The notes under the pieces: generated by a model | Databases searched by the model: none | What the model saw: the letters and a program-made list of their open reading frames with translations, nothing else | Told to the model about the DNA's origin: nothing | Translations under genes and position numbers: made by a program | Part shown: piece by piece, positions 44,601 to 52,545 of the stretch | Position numbering within the stretch: the first letter of the stretch is position 1 | How the letters are laid out: every line of letters starts with the position of its first letter | NCBI GenBank assembly: GCA_016927125.1 | Contig: JAFGNG010000028.1 | Coordinates: 1 to 58,952 of the forward strand | From: Planctomycetota bacterium | Lineage (GTDB): Bacteria > Planctomycetota > SZUA-567 > JAFGNG01 | DNA: 58,952 bases | Direction: 5' to 3'

Positions 44601-45617
44601 CGCTATAACCTGACGGTGGCGGAAGTGCAGAATGTTATTCAGGCGGCAATCGGGGGCATGCCGATCACCACCACGGTGGAAGGGCGTGAGCGTTACCAGG
44701 TTCGGATTCGTTATCAACGTGAACTGAGGGATAGCATTGAAGATCTTGAACGCATCCTGGTTTCCAACCGCAAGGGGTTGCAGGTTCCCCTGAAAGAGCT
44801 TATCGAAGAGCGCAAGATTCAATACCGTCGCGGCCCCCAGTCGATCAAGAGTGAGGATAGCTCGTTGGTAAGCTACGTCCTCTTTGACAAGCAATCTGGG
44901 TATGCTGAGGTGGATGTGGTTAATGCAGCGAGAGAATTTCTGCAAAGCCGGATAGAGGCCGGTGAGCTAATCCTTCCCGCAGGCGTAACTTACAAGTTCG
45001 CTGGAAGTTATGAAAACCAGATCCGCAGTGAAAAAAAGCTGATGGTAGTCCTACCTTTGGCCTTGTTGATAATCTTCTTTATTCTTTATTTCCAGTTTAA
45101 ATCCGGCTCTACCACTCTCTTTGTCTTTTCAGGTATCTTCGTCGCAGCTGCGGGTGGGTTTATTATGCTCTGGCTATATGGGGAAGGCTGGTTTTTAAAT
45201 TTTTCAATTTTCGGAACCAACCTGCGCGACTTGTTCCAGATGCATCCGATCAACCTGAGCGTGGCGATCTGGGTTGGTTTTATCGCCCTCTTCGGCATTG
45301 CCACCGATAACAGCGTAATCATTGCAACTTATCTGGACCAGACCTTTGCCAAACAAAAACCTGCGAGCATTGAGACGATTCGCGAGGCAACTGTTACTGC
45401 GGGAATGCGCCGGATCCGGCCGTGCCTGATGACAACTGCAACCACCATCCTTGCGCTGCTGCCGGTCTTGACCTCTACGGGCCGGGGCGCTGACATCATG
45501 ATCCCAATGGCTATCCCGGTTTTTGGAGGTATGATTCTTACCCTCATTACCGCCTTCATCGTCCCAGTGTTATACTGCGGATTGAAAGAGACGAAGAGTA
45601 AAAACTTATCCCCTTAG
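41649..45617 (+). CDS. CusA/CzcA-type heavy-metal RND permease, unusually long (1322 aa)
   Basis: RND hallmarks are present throughout. There are about 100 extra hydrophobic residues after TM6 and an extended second periplasmic loop compared with ~1040-aa family members. Confidence 0.85.
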   Translation: MMGLPENNLYSSGDGWLARIIAFCLQNRLVVLLAVLAMICWGLITAPFDWNLKFLPRDPIAVDALPDLGENQQIVFTEWPGRSPQDIEDQITYPLTSALLGIPGVKSVRSSSMFGFSNIFIIFSEDVEFYWSRTRILEKLNSLPAGALPEGVKPTMGPDATPLGQVFWYTLEGRDPEGASTGGWDLDELRSIQDWLVRYELMAVPGVAEVGSIGGFVKEYQVDVDPYAMIAKGVNLTQVIMALKNSNLDTGARTMEINRVEYVIRGLGLVKNISDLEEAVVTETDNIPLRVKDIARVSLGPALRRGALDKSGAEAVGGVVVVRYGANPLEVIQWVKDKIAAFSQSLPQKTVPVRNSDGSVREAVSQVKVVPFYDRTGLIHETLGTLNRALVEEILVTIIVVVVMLMHFGSSMLISGLLPLAVLMCFIAMKIFGVDANIVALSGIAIAIGTMVDMGIVLNENILKHMEAADKDASPIQTIYQATIEVGSAVLTAVLTTVISFLPIFTMEMAEGKLFKPLAYTKTFALVASLIVALTIIPPVALTIFRKRKKLSKYAFILIELLFPVALYTLYFLESWLLFVILILLAIYLIIQGWLPEKVRSILRRTANYLAVAVVAVFLTSRWQPLGIEHGVVRNLIFVAVIIGGFLFLIHLFHKGYPQMLHWCLANKSKFLLIPIILVLFGATIWLGFNSVFSFIPAIGNKIGIGETIRLSSPWAWASHRFPGLGKEFMPDFDEGSFLLMPTTMPHASIGEAMDVLQKQDMALNALPEVSLAVGKIGRVDSPLDPAPVSMIETVINYHPEYLADSSGKKLAFVYASDQTDLFRNPSGDPVMAPDGEPYTVLGKFSRDESGVLIPDPGGSPFRIWRPVLDPQINPGREEWAGINSPDDIWEEILRVTEISGTTSAPKLQPIAARQVMLQSGMRAPMGIKILGKGQASLEDLEAVGLELEKYLQQVPSIKANTVNAERVVGKPYLEIKIDRLAIQRYNLTVAEVQNVIQAAIGGMPITTTVEGRERYQVRIRYQRELRDSIEDLERILVSNRKGLQVPLKELIEERKIQYRRGPQSIKSEDSSLVSYVLFDKQSGYAEVDVVNAAREFLQSRIEAGELILPAGVTYKFAGSYENQIRSEKKLMVVLPLALLIIFFILYFQFKSGSTTLFVFSGIFVAAAGGFIMLWLYGEGWFLNFSIFGTNLRDLFQMHPINLSVAIWVGFIALFGIATDNSVIIATYLDQTFAKQKPASIETIREATVTAGMRRIRPCLMTTATTILALLPVLTSTGRGADIMIPMAIPVFGGMILTLITAFIVPVLYCGLKETKSKNLSP

Positions 45618-45638
45618 CCTATTGGGTTTTATCCAAAT

Positions 45639-45859
45639 CCCCTTGGGCGCTCTGTTGGGCGCAACCAGGGATACTCTATGAGACAGCATGAGACTGAACT
45701 GGGTGTTTTGCAAGAAATGCAAGAGGCATGATATTTCAAAGAATGATTCAAAAGCTCTTCAGTGGGATTAGACTTTAAAAAAGCCGTAACTCCAATTTTC
45801 CTATGGCAATAAAGAAACTGGATAGCAGGCGTAAGTCCCACTATCCAGCTTGATTATGA
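45639..45859 (-). repeat. Repeat copy D (reference copy): downstream flank of tRNA-Thr with terminator hairpin, conserved block, TGAGAC x2, TTGGGCG x2
   Basis: Terminator CTGGATAG-N15-CTATCCAG (45818-45848) plus TTTCTTT on the minus strand. TGAGAC at 45679 and 45689. TTGGGCG at 45643 and 45655. It carries a ~90-nt insert (45729-45815) absent from copies A-C. Confidence 0.75.
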
Positions 45860-45935
45860 TGGAGCCACCTACCCGATTCGAACGGGTGACCTGCGGTTTA
45901 CAAAACCGCTGCTCTACCAACTGAGCCAAGGTGGC
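45860..45935 (-). tRNA. tRNA-Thr (anticodon UGU), CCA encoded
   Basis: 76 nt folded by hand: acceptor GCCACCT/AGGTGGC, D arm GCTC-AGTTGGTA-GAGC, anticodon arm GCGGT-TTTGTAA-ACCGC, variable AGGTC, T arm ACCCG-TTCGAAT-CGGGT, discriminator T, CCA. Confidence 0.93.
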
Positions 45936-46509
45936 GGATTAGTTAAGCTGCTTTAAGTGCTTGGAGCTAGAATCTCCAGGGTTTTGTTTGCTATTTCTGT
46001 TCTCGGCTTCTGACCTTAATAATTCTGGTTTATCAGAACAAAGCCGATGAATCCCAGTTAAAACAGAAAAAGTCAAGCTCGCAAAACCACTCAAAGCTCT
46101 ACTTCAACCAGTCGTCAAGGCGATTTATATCAACATTCAAAAAAACATCATACTATTTCAAATCGGACTTGTCCAGTGCATTATATACTTCGGCATTTTC
46201 CCCCTTGGAATTGCCTCTTATTGTGCAGTAATGCTTACATAACCAGGGTGCAGGTGTTAGGCCAACTGAAGCTGCTGGCTACTTTTTAATGCTTGCCAAA
46301 TACCTGGCGCTGATTAAAATTCCCTCATTAGCAACCCGGCTTTTCTGAAATCGAGCTTGATTTGGGAGTTTACAATCAGGATCCCTTAAAAATGCTTAAA
46401 AACTTACGTAACTTAATAGTTAAATTCAGCTTCCGAGGGATTTGATTAAAAACGTAACATAGTATTATAGTCAGTCAACCGCACATTCTTTTAGAGAGGA
46501 GAGAGTTAC

Positions 46510-47553
46510 ATGTTTACACAGCGGAAAGCAAAAATGGTTTCCTTGGTAATTATAGTATTACTCGTTCTGGGATGGTTTGCGTTGCCTCCAGCCACCGCGG
46601 GAGAAGCAACTCCGCCGCAGGCGAAAGCAGAAGTTAAGGAACCCAATGCGGCTGAGCTTTATGCCTTGGCTTTTGAGGCTATTAGTGATGATCCTGCAGG
46701 CTTCCGGAAAGAATTTTTAATTACAAGATTCCCCGAGCTGCCCGAACCATTGAAGCCATTGACTGAAAAAGAGCTTGCCATTATCGAATCCGGTGATGTG
46801 AAGCAGATGTCAATGCCTTTCGTGCGGGAGGTCAGAGAGGTGGTGGAGACCACGCGCAAAGCTTCGAAGATTAATCACTGCGACTGGAAGCTGGACTGGA
46901 CTCAAGGCCCTGAAATGGACTTGTATCATCTTGAGCCTGCCAAGACCCTGAGCCGGCTTGCCTGCATGCGCGCGGATTATATGTTGGATTTCTCCATCAA
47001 TACGCCCATGAATCCGCGTAACAAGGCCTCCGCCGCGCGAAGAGCGATCCAGGATCTGATTACAACCCTGGAGATGGCGCGGCATGTCGGATCAGATGGC
47101 ACAGTGGTTTCTGCCCTGGTTGAAATTTCGATAGAAAATCAAGTTATCCTCAAGGCTGCTTCGCTATACTCGAGGATGGATGCAAACGCCAGGGAAATCC
47201 TGAAGAAGGGGATTCTTGCCACCCCTGAGGGAATCACACTTGCGCAGGCTTTAGAATGCCTGGAGAAGGAAAAAGCGCAATTGGCGGAATACGTCAAAAA
47301 ACTTACTCCGGCTGCAAAGCAGGAAATTGAAAAATCTTTACAGAGATCCGAGCAAGAAATCCCTGAATTCTTCCTGCGCATTAATGAACTCCGCCGCTTG
47401 CTCCGCGAAGGCCTTGAACGCGAGGTTGAAGAGGAAAAAGACGGCACGCCCAAGGCTTTCACCCTGACTTCGGAGAAGTCCTACAAGGGCAAGCCGATTG
47501 AGTTGATCTTCGACTATCCCCTCCCGGAAGAGATGGAAGCGGAAGCCGAATAG
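46510..47553 (+). CDS. Hypothetical secreted or membrane-anchored helical protein
   Basis: 347 aa with strong RBS GAGAGGAGAGAG and N-terminal hydrophobic segment VSLVIIVLLVLGWFALPPATA. No family recognised. Confidence 0.5.
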   Translation: MFTQRKAKMVSLVIIVLLVLGWFALPPATAGEATPPQAKAEVKEPNAAELYALAFEAISDDPAGFRKEFLITRFPELPEPLKPLTEKELAIIESGDVKQMSMPFVREVREVVETTRKASKINHCDWKLDWTQGPEMDLYHLEPAKTLSRLACMRADYMLDFSINTPMNPRNKASAARRAIQDLITTLEMARHVGSDGTVVSALVEISIENQVILKAASLYSRMDANAREILKKGILATPEGITLAQALECLEKEKAQLAEYVKKLTPAAKQEIEKSLQRSEQEIPEFFLRINELRRLLREGLEREVEEEKDGTPKAFTLTSEKSYKGKPIELIFDYPLPEEMEAEAE

Positions 47554-47601
47554 GGTATAGCCAAGTAATAAGATATAGTCGAACCTGCGACCAAACTGGC
47601 A

Positions 47602-50600
47602 CTACTCAAACCGCAAGCGCCCCAGGCGTTTCTGCGTGTGCCAGTCAATATACCCCTGGTATGACCAGCAGCTCGGGGCGACCAGGTCGTTGCGGTACTT
47701 GCGGTAGAAATTAATCAGCCACCGCTCGCGCTGTCTGGTCTGTTCCAGATCCCCCAGCGGGATTAAGACCTCGGCAGTCCAGTAGCCCTGCCCCTTCCAG
47801 ATCACTGTCTGCCACGGCGGTTTGAAATCATAATCGCGGCCGCCATTCTCAACCTTCTGGTCAAAATGGACGCCCTTGGTGTTGAAGGCCAGTTGGTAAT
47901 AGAGATCGACCTCCGCGTCGGGATGGATCATCATTGCCAGCACATCATCGCGCGAGCCGTAGATTTCATTCTCCATCTCTGCGCTGGCTTTGAGCTTATC
48001 AGGCTCCCGATCGGCGCAGGCAAAGGCGACGTAGAGATTCTTGTCATCATAAAGCGCCTTGACGCCGGTCTCCAAAATCGACTTCTGCTTCTCCTTCACC
48101 TTCCAGAAGCCGGTGGTGAAAGGAATTGCTTCCCAGGCGGCTTCATCCAGGCGACCATCAATGGTGATTTCTCCGGTAGCGCGTTTAGTCAGCATGGTGG
48201 GCAGCGCTTCCGGATCCGGGTTGGGATCTATCTTTGCCAGGCTTTCCGGGAGGAATGCCTGGTATTGTGCAGCCTTCTCCAGGAATTCCCACCAGGGATG
48301 GTAGAACTGATAGTTGGTAACCCGGTTCCAAACCTTGGCGTACAGTCCCTGGGCAAGCTCATGGCGGGAAGCGGCAATGGTTTGATGCAGGTAGTCCTGT
48401 TCTTGTTCTGAAATGCTGAGCTTGATTTGGGGATCAGCCAGCAGTTTATCAGCGCGCTCAATTATATTACTCAGGAAAGAGAGCTCTGGCCCGCTGATCG
48501 GCTGGGTATGGAATTCAAGGATTTTTAAATCTTTAGAGTTTACCCGGAAAACAGCCAATCCGTAAGGGTTGAGTTTGACCGGCACATGAATCATACCATC
48601 ATCCCTATTGGTTCCGGTTTCTCTACCGCTGGGAATCTCATAGACCCTGCCTTTGGCTTCAATTACTACGCTGCCAGCAATGTGCCAGTAGCCGGGATTC
48701 GCAACATAGATCCAGGATTCATTCCCGGAAGAATATTTGCGGATCGCCAGGTTGGTGGTGAGCCCTGTATTCATGACTACTTCAAAATCCGCCTTGGGAA
48801 GGTGCGTAAAGGTTTGCATAATGCTGCGCAGTTCCTGCTCGTGGCCGACATTGATATGGAGATCGGTCCAGCCGCCCAGAACCAGCCCCGGGTCCGCGGT
48901 GATGATTGCCTGGATAAAGGCCTCGCGCGCGTGGTAGCCGCTCGGCTGCGGCAGTGTCCGCGTCTTGGAACAATTCATAATCCAGTCTGATTCCACCAGG
49001 AGATGGCGGTCCTGCGCGCCTTCGCTCTTCAGCATATAGCCGCCGCTCAGGAGCATATTCTCGTCCCAACTGGTGCGGACCAGGACGCCGCGCTGCCTGC
49101 TCTTGGCAAAGGCCGAGACAATCCCCGGATCGGTGCGCGCCAGCCAGCAGTAGGAATCCTGGCTCGGGAAGTCGCCGTGGATATCCTGCCAACTGATGGT
49201 CCAGCGGGTATTACAATAATTTTCAAGCGCCCCCAGGCCCTCAAGGTCAATTCCGAAATCCTTCATAATGTCTTGAAACGAATCTTCCGAGTTTGCCAGG
49301 TAGCGGCAGAATTTTTTATCCCCTTCCACCAAGGTGTTGACCAACTCCAGATCCTCGCGGAAATTCTTCAGCCGCTGGACTGCCTCTGCGCAAAAAGCAG
49401 TATAAGCCCCGGCGCGCCAGTCGAGGAAGTTCCGGCGGAGTTCTTCATCTGCTTTGATCGCGTCAAACCTCTTGGCAAAGCGGCTGGGATCGGTTTCGGC
49501 AATCCCGAGATCGTTGCCGGTTTCCTTGGCAAAGCGTTCCATGGCATGGTCATCAAAGCTCGCTTCCAGGGGATTGTCATAGTTGCTGCCCAGGCCATAG
49601 CCCGGCAGCCAGTAGCTGGCAGTGCTGTCCGGGCCGCTCAAGTGGTGAACCCCGCGGTAGCGAGGCAGGTGGGCGTAGGCGCGCGATAAGCTTTCCAGTA
49701 AATCAAAGAACTTCCCCTGCACTGCCGGGTGCATGAAGTTCTGCACCTCGGAAACCCGCGCAAAGCCATAGCGTTGTTCACCCTTGCCGTTTACCAGCCA
49801 GGGGGTATCGGCGCCCTTGGCAACCTCCGCGTTATTCGCGTACCCGCGCACCCTGCCGCTCTGGCTGAAGCCAACGCCAGCATAGAAATCTATGTTGTTA
49901 ATCTCAAAGAGATTAGCCATCATGGTGCGCATGCAGTGGCGAATACGAGAGGTTTCTATTAAGGGAACCGGCACGAAGGGCGTATCCCCCTCGTTGTACT
50001 GGTAACATCCCATGACATGGGTATTCTGCCCGGAGAACTTGAGGTACTGCACATAGCGCTCGCCGGTTTCCAGGAGCCAGACCAGGTCGCGCAACTGAAC
50101 CTTCATCAACGGCTCCGTCTCCGGTTCCACCAGCCAGGTATCTTCCCAACCCTCTGCGTTCTTCAAATACCGCGAGCCAAAACTGCGCCCGATGCCGGAG
50201 GTGTAGAAGCAACGCTCGCTATGAATACCATAGTTGCGGTTGTTACCGCTCTCGACAGAAGGGAGATCCCCCTTGACCCGGTAGATGCGCAAGAGTTTAG
50301 CGGCCCCGTTTTGGTTATTAATGGCGTTGAGGACATCCACGGTATGCGGGCCTTCGTCCGCGACGTGGATCCAGTTGAGTTTCTGCATTTTATTGGTCAG
50401 GTAAAGCTTGCCCCCGGTCTCAATCCCCGCGCCGGTCTGGCTGTTGGTCCAGATCTTCTCGCGCTTGCTCGTGATAGAGACGACAGTGATGCGCTGTGCG
50501 TCGTCGGGGTACTCCAGCTCCATCAGGTAGAAGGAACCGGGATGCTTGAATTCTATCCGGTAACTGAAGCCGGAGCCGCGCCGGGGGTCAGTCACCTCGC

Positions 50601-52266
50601 GATAACGCATTTCTCCATTTTGCGTAATGGTCGGTGCCTCCACCCGGGGAGCCACCATCCCGGTAAGGCTCGCCGGCATCCGGGATTCGCGCCAGGGATG
50701 CGGATCTTCCGGGTTGGTGAAGTCAATAGTGTCTTCCAGCTCCAGCTCAAGCCCTTCTTTATAATCGGTCCCAGCAATCTTTTTGAGTTCAAGTCGCCTC
50801 AGAATCACCAGCGGCTCGCGGGAACGCTCCGCAATCACCTTGCCATCACTGCCGGTAAGTTTAAGCGCCAAGGCGTAAACCCCGAAAGGCTGTTTGCCGA
50901 GATTAAGAGTATAAACCAGGGAATTATTGATTTCCTTAAAGTCGGATATTGTCTTTTGAGAAACCTCCTGGCTATCACCGTCCAGATCCGCTTTGCTGAA
51001 ATAAGCGGTCAGTTGCGGCGATTTATCCTTGAAGCCGATCGGCGTATAAACCTCAACAATCGCATCCTCGGAACTGCGGTAAAAGAGGTCAGGTCGAGAA
51101 GGGTTTTTCATAACCAACACCCCGCCATACTCCGGGATGCCGAGCTGCCGCGCCGGGCCGCGGAGATCAATCTTCGGCGCAGAGCCCTTGCGCTCCCGGT
51201 AATACAGCTCCATCACCCCGCTGACTACCTCGGCCTCGTCCTCCCCGTAATCCTCCGCCTTGACCTGGAGCCATGCAGAACTATCGAATTCGGCCTGGTT
51301 CCAGCCTTCCTGGTAATCCGGTGAAAATCTCCAGCCTTCAGCGGTAGCCGTTTCGATCACCGCGCCGCTCACCATTACGATCTTCGCCTGGAAATATAGC
51401 GGTGGGTTCTTGCCGATCCTGCGGCCATAAAAGCCGGCAACGTTCTTGCCGGGCTTGAGATACTTGGCAATATCCACGGGAATGGTATGATCCAGGGACA
51501 GCATCCCGGTTTCTGTGATCTCTTCGCCATTGATATAGAGACGGCTGATCACCTCATCATTTCCGGCAAGGTGCGCGTAGTTGGTAATGGTGGCATTGGC
51601 AATGGCGCGCCAAACGCCGCCCTCGGGGAGGGTGAAGTCGCCGCGGCAGTAGCCTTCATAGATCGGTTGGACAAGTTTGACTGATTTCAGTTTGATGCGG
51701 GTTCCCGCTTCAGCCCTGATCCTCAGTTCCAAGCCATCCGGATTCGGGCCGGAGGTCTGCAAGGGCTCGAAGGCCAGCTCCTGCTCGCCCTGCCCCTCCA
51801 GGACTGTCCTCCCGGTGCGAGACTGCGGTTGGCCATCGCTCCAGTAACGCAGCCGCCATTCACTCTTATCCGAAGATTGGCTGAGCTGCAATTTCACTGC
51901 AAAATATTCCTGCCAGGTATTAGCGATCTCTGCAATTACTTGTTCGCCTTTGTAGTTGCCCCAGCCGAGGATGGCTTCTTCCCCGGTGACAGTGAAAGCG
52001 AGGCTCTCGCCATCCAACTCCACCTCCTCTACCCCGAGGAAGGTGGTGAAGTTAGCGCGATTAGCAGTTGCGAGAAAGACCTTGTCGCGTTCTTTAACGG
52101 GAAGCTCCATGCCGCTGCCGAAGAGATATTCATTAATCTCCGGATCCTCGATCTCCATGGAGGGGGCGATTGCTTCCGGTTCGGTTCCAGTTGCAGCCGC
52201 GAAAAGAGAAAATGAAAGGGAAATTATTATGGTAAAGGAGCTTAAAAATCGTGGTAGCTTTGACAT
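47602..52266 (-). CDS. Giant secreted glycosidase-like protein (1554 aa), paralogue of the N-terminal half of 18558-26261, with a C-terminal CBM9-like module
   Basis: Signal peptide (FTIIISLSFSLFAAATG), RBS AAGGAG. Collinear similarity to the 2567-aa protein over ~1300 aa, for example DFTLPEGGVWRAIAN vs EFTLPAGTVWRAIAD and HSERCFYTSGIG vs HTERTLYSSGIG. The last ~195 aa align with the C-terminus of the sigma fusion. Confidence 0.8.
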   Translation of the reverse strand: MSKLPRFLSSFTIIISLSFSLFAAATGTEPEAIAPSMEIEDPEINEYLFGSGMELPVKERDKVFLATANRANFTTFLGVEEVELDGESLAFTVTGEEAILGWGNYKGEQVIAEIANTWQEYFAVKLQLSQSSDKSEWRLRYWSDGQPQSRTGRTVLEGQGEQELAFEPLQTSGPNPDGLELRIRAEAGTRIKLKSVKLVQPIYEGYCRGDFTLPEGGVWRAIANATITNYAHLAGNDEVISRLYINGEEITETGMLSLDHTIPVDIAKYLKPGKNVAGFYGRRIGKNPPLYFQAKIVMVSGAVIETATAEGWRFSPDYQEGWNQAEFDSSAWLQVKAEDYGEDEAEVVSGVMELYYRERKGSAPKIDLRGPARQLGIPEYGGVLVMKNPSRPDLFYRSSEDAIVEVYTPIGFKDKSPQLTAYFSKADLDGDSQEVSQKTISDFKEINNSLVYTLNLGKQPFGVYALALKLTGSDGKVIAERSREPLVILRRLELKKIAGTDYKEGLELELEDTIDFTNPEDPHPWRESRMPASLTGMVAPRVEAPTITQNGEMRYREVTDPRRGSGFSYRIEFKHPGSFYLMELEYPDDAQRITVVSITSKREKIWTNSQTGAGIETGGKLYLTNKMQKLNWIHVADEGPHTVDVLNAINNQNGAAKLLRIYRVKGDLPSVESGNNRNYGIHSERCFYTSGIGRSFGSRYLKNAEGWEDTWLVEPETEPLMKVQLRDLVWLLETGERYVQYLKFSGQNTHVMGCYQYNEGDTPFVPVPLIETSRIRHCMRTMMANLFEINNIDFYAGVGFSQSGRVRGYANNAEVAKGADTPWLVNGKGEQRYGFARVSEVQNFMHPAVQGKFFDLLESLSRAYAHLPRYRGVHHLSGPDSTASYWLPGYGLGSNYDNPLEASFDDHAMERFAKETGNDLGIAETDPSRFAKRFDAIKADEELRRNFLDWRAGAYTAFCAEAVQRLKNFREDLELVNTLVEGDKKFCRYLANSEDSFQDIMKDFGIDLEGLGALENYCNTRWTISWQDIHGDFPSQDSYCWLARTDPGIVSAFAKSRQRGVLVRTSWDENMLLSGGYMLKSEGAQDRHLLVESDWIMNCSKTRTLPQPSGYHAREAFIQAIITADPGLVLGGWTDLHINVGHEQELRSIMQTFTHLPKADFEVVMNTGLTTNLAIRKYSSGNESWIYVANPGYWHIAGSVVIEAKGRVYEIPSGRETGTNRDDGMIHVPVKLNPYGLAVFRVNSKDLKILEFHTQPISGPELSFLSNIIERADKLLADPQIKLSISEQEQDYLHQTIAASRHELAQGLYAKVWNRVTNYQFYHPWWEFLEKAAQYQAFLPESLAKIDPNPDPEALPTMLTKRATGEITIDGRLDEAAWEAIPFTTGFWKVKEKQKSILETGVKALYDDKNLYVAFACADREPDKLKASAEMENEIYGSRDDVLAMMIHPDAEVDLYYQLAFNTKGVHFDQKVENGGRDYDFKPPWQTVIWKGQGYWTAEVLIPLGDLEQTRQRERWLINFYRKYRNDLVAPSCWSYQGYIDWHTQKRLGRLRFE

Positions 52267-52397
52267 GTTTAGCTCTCCTTCTTCCGATTAAGGTTAAAAA
52301 AGGAATGAATCTCTCCAGAGGTTAATGCGTTGCGACTGAACCTCTGCAAACTACTTGTCAGGTTAAACTTTTTTTTTATTAAGTCAAGAAGTGCATT

Positions 52398-52426
52398 TTG
52401 CATTGTATACTATTTCTTGTTATAAT
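52398..52426 (+). promoter_or_regulatory. Candidate sigma70 promoter of the DUF4838 gene
   Basis: TTGCAT (52398-52403), 17-nt spacer, TATAAT (52421-52426). Confidence 0.4.
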
Positions 52427-52545
52427 TTAACTCTATTCGTGGCTGAAGGTTATATATTACCTGTCTTAATATTTGAGCTGGATTTACCCTAGTGTCACTC
52501 AAATTGTAACTTACCGCTGTTTACAGATGATACTGGAGCCACTGC

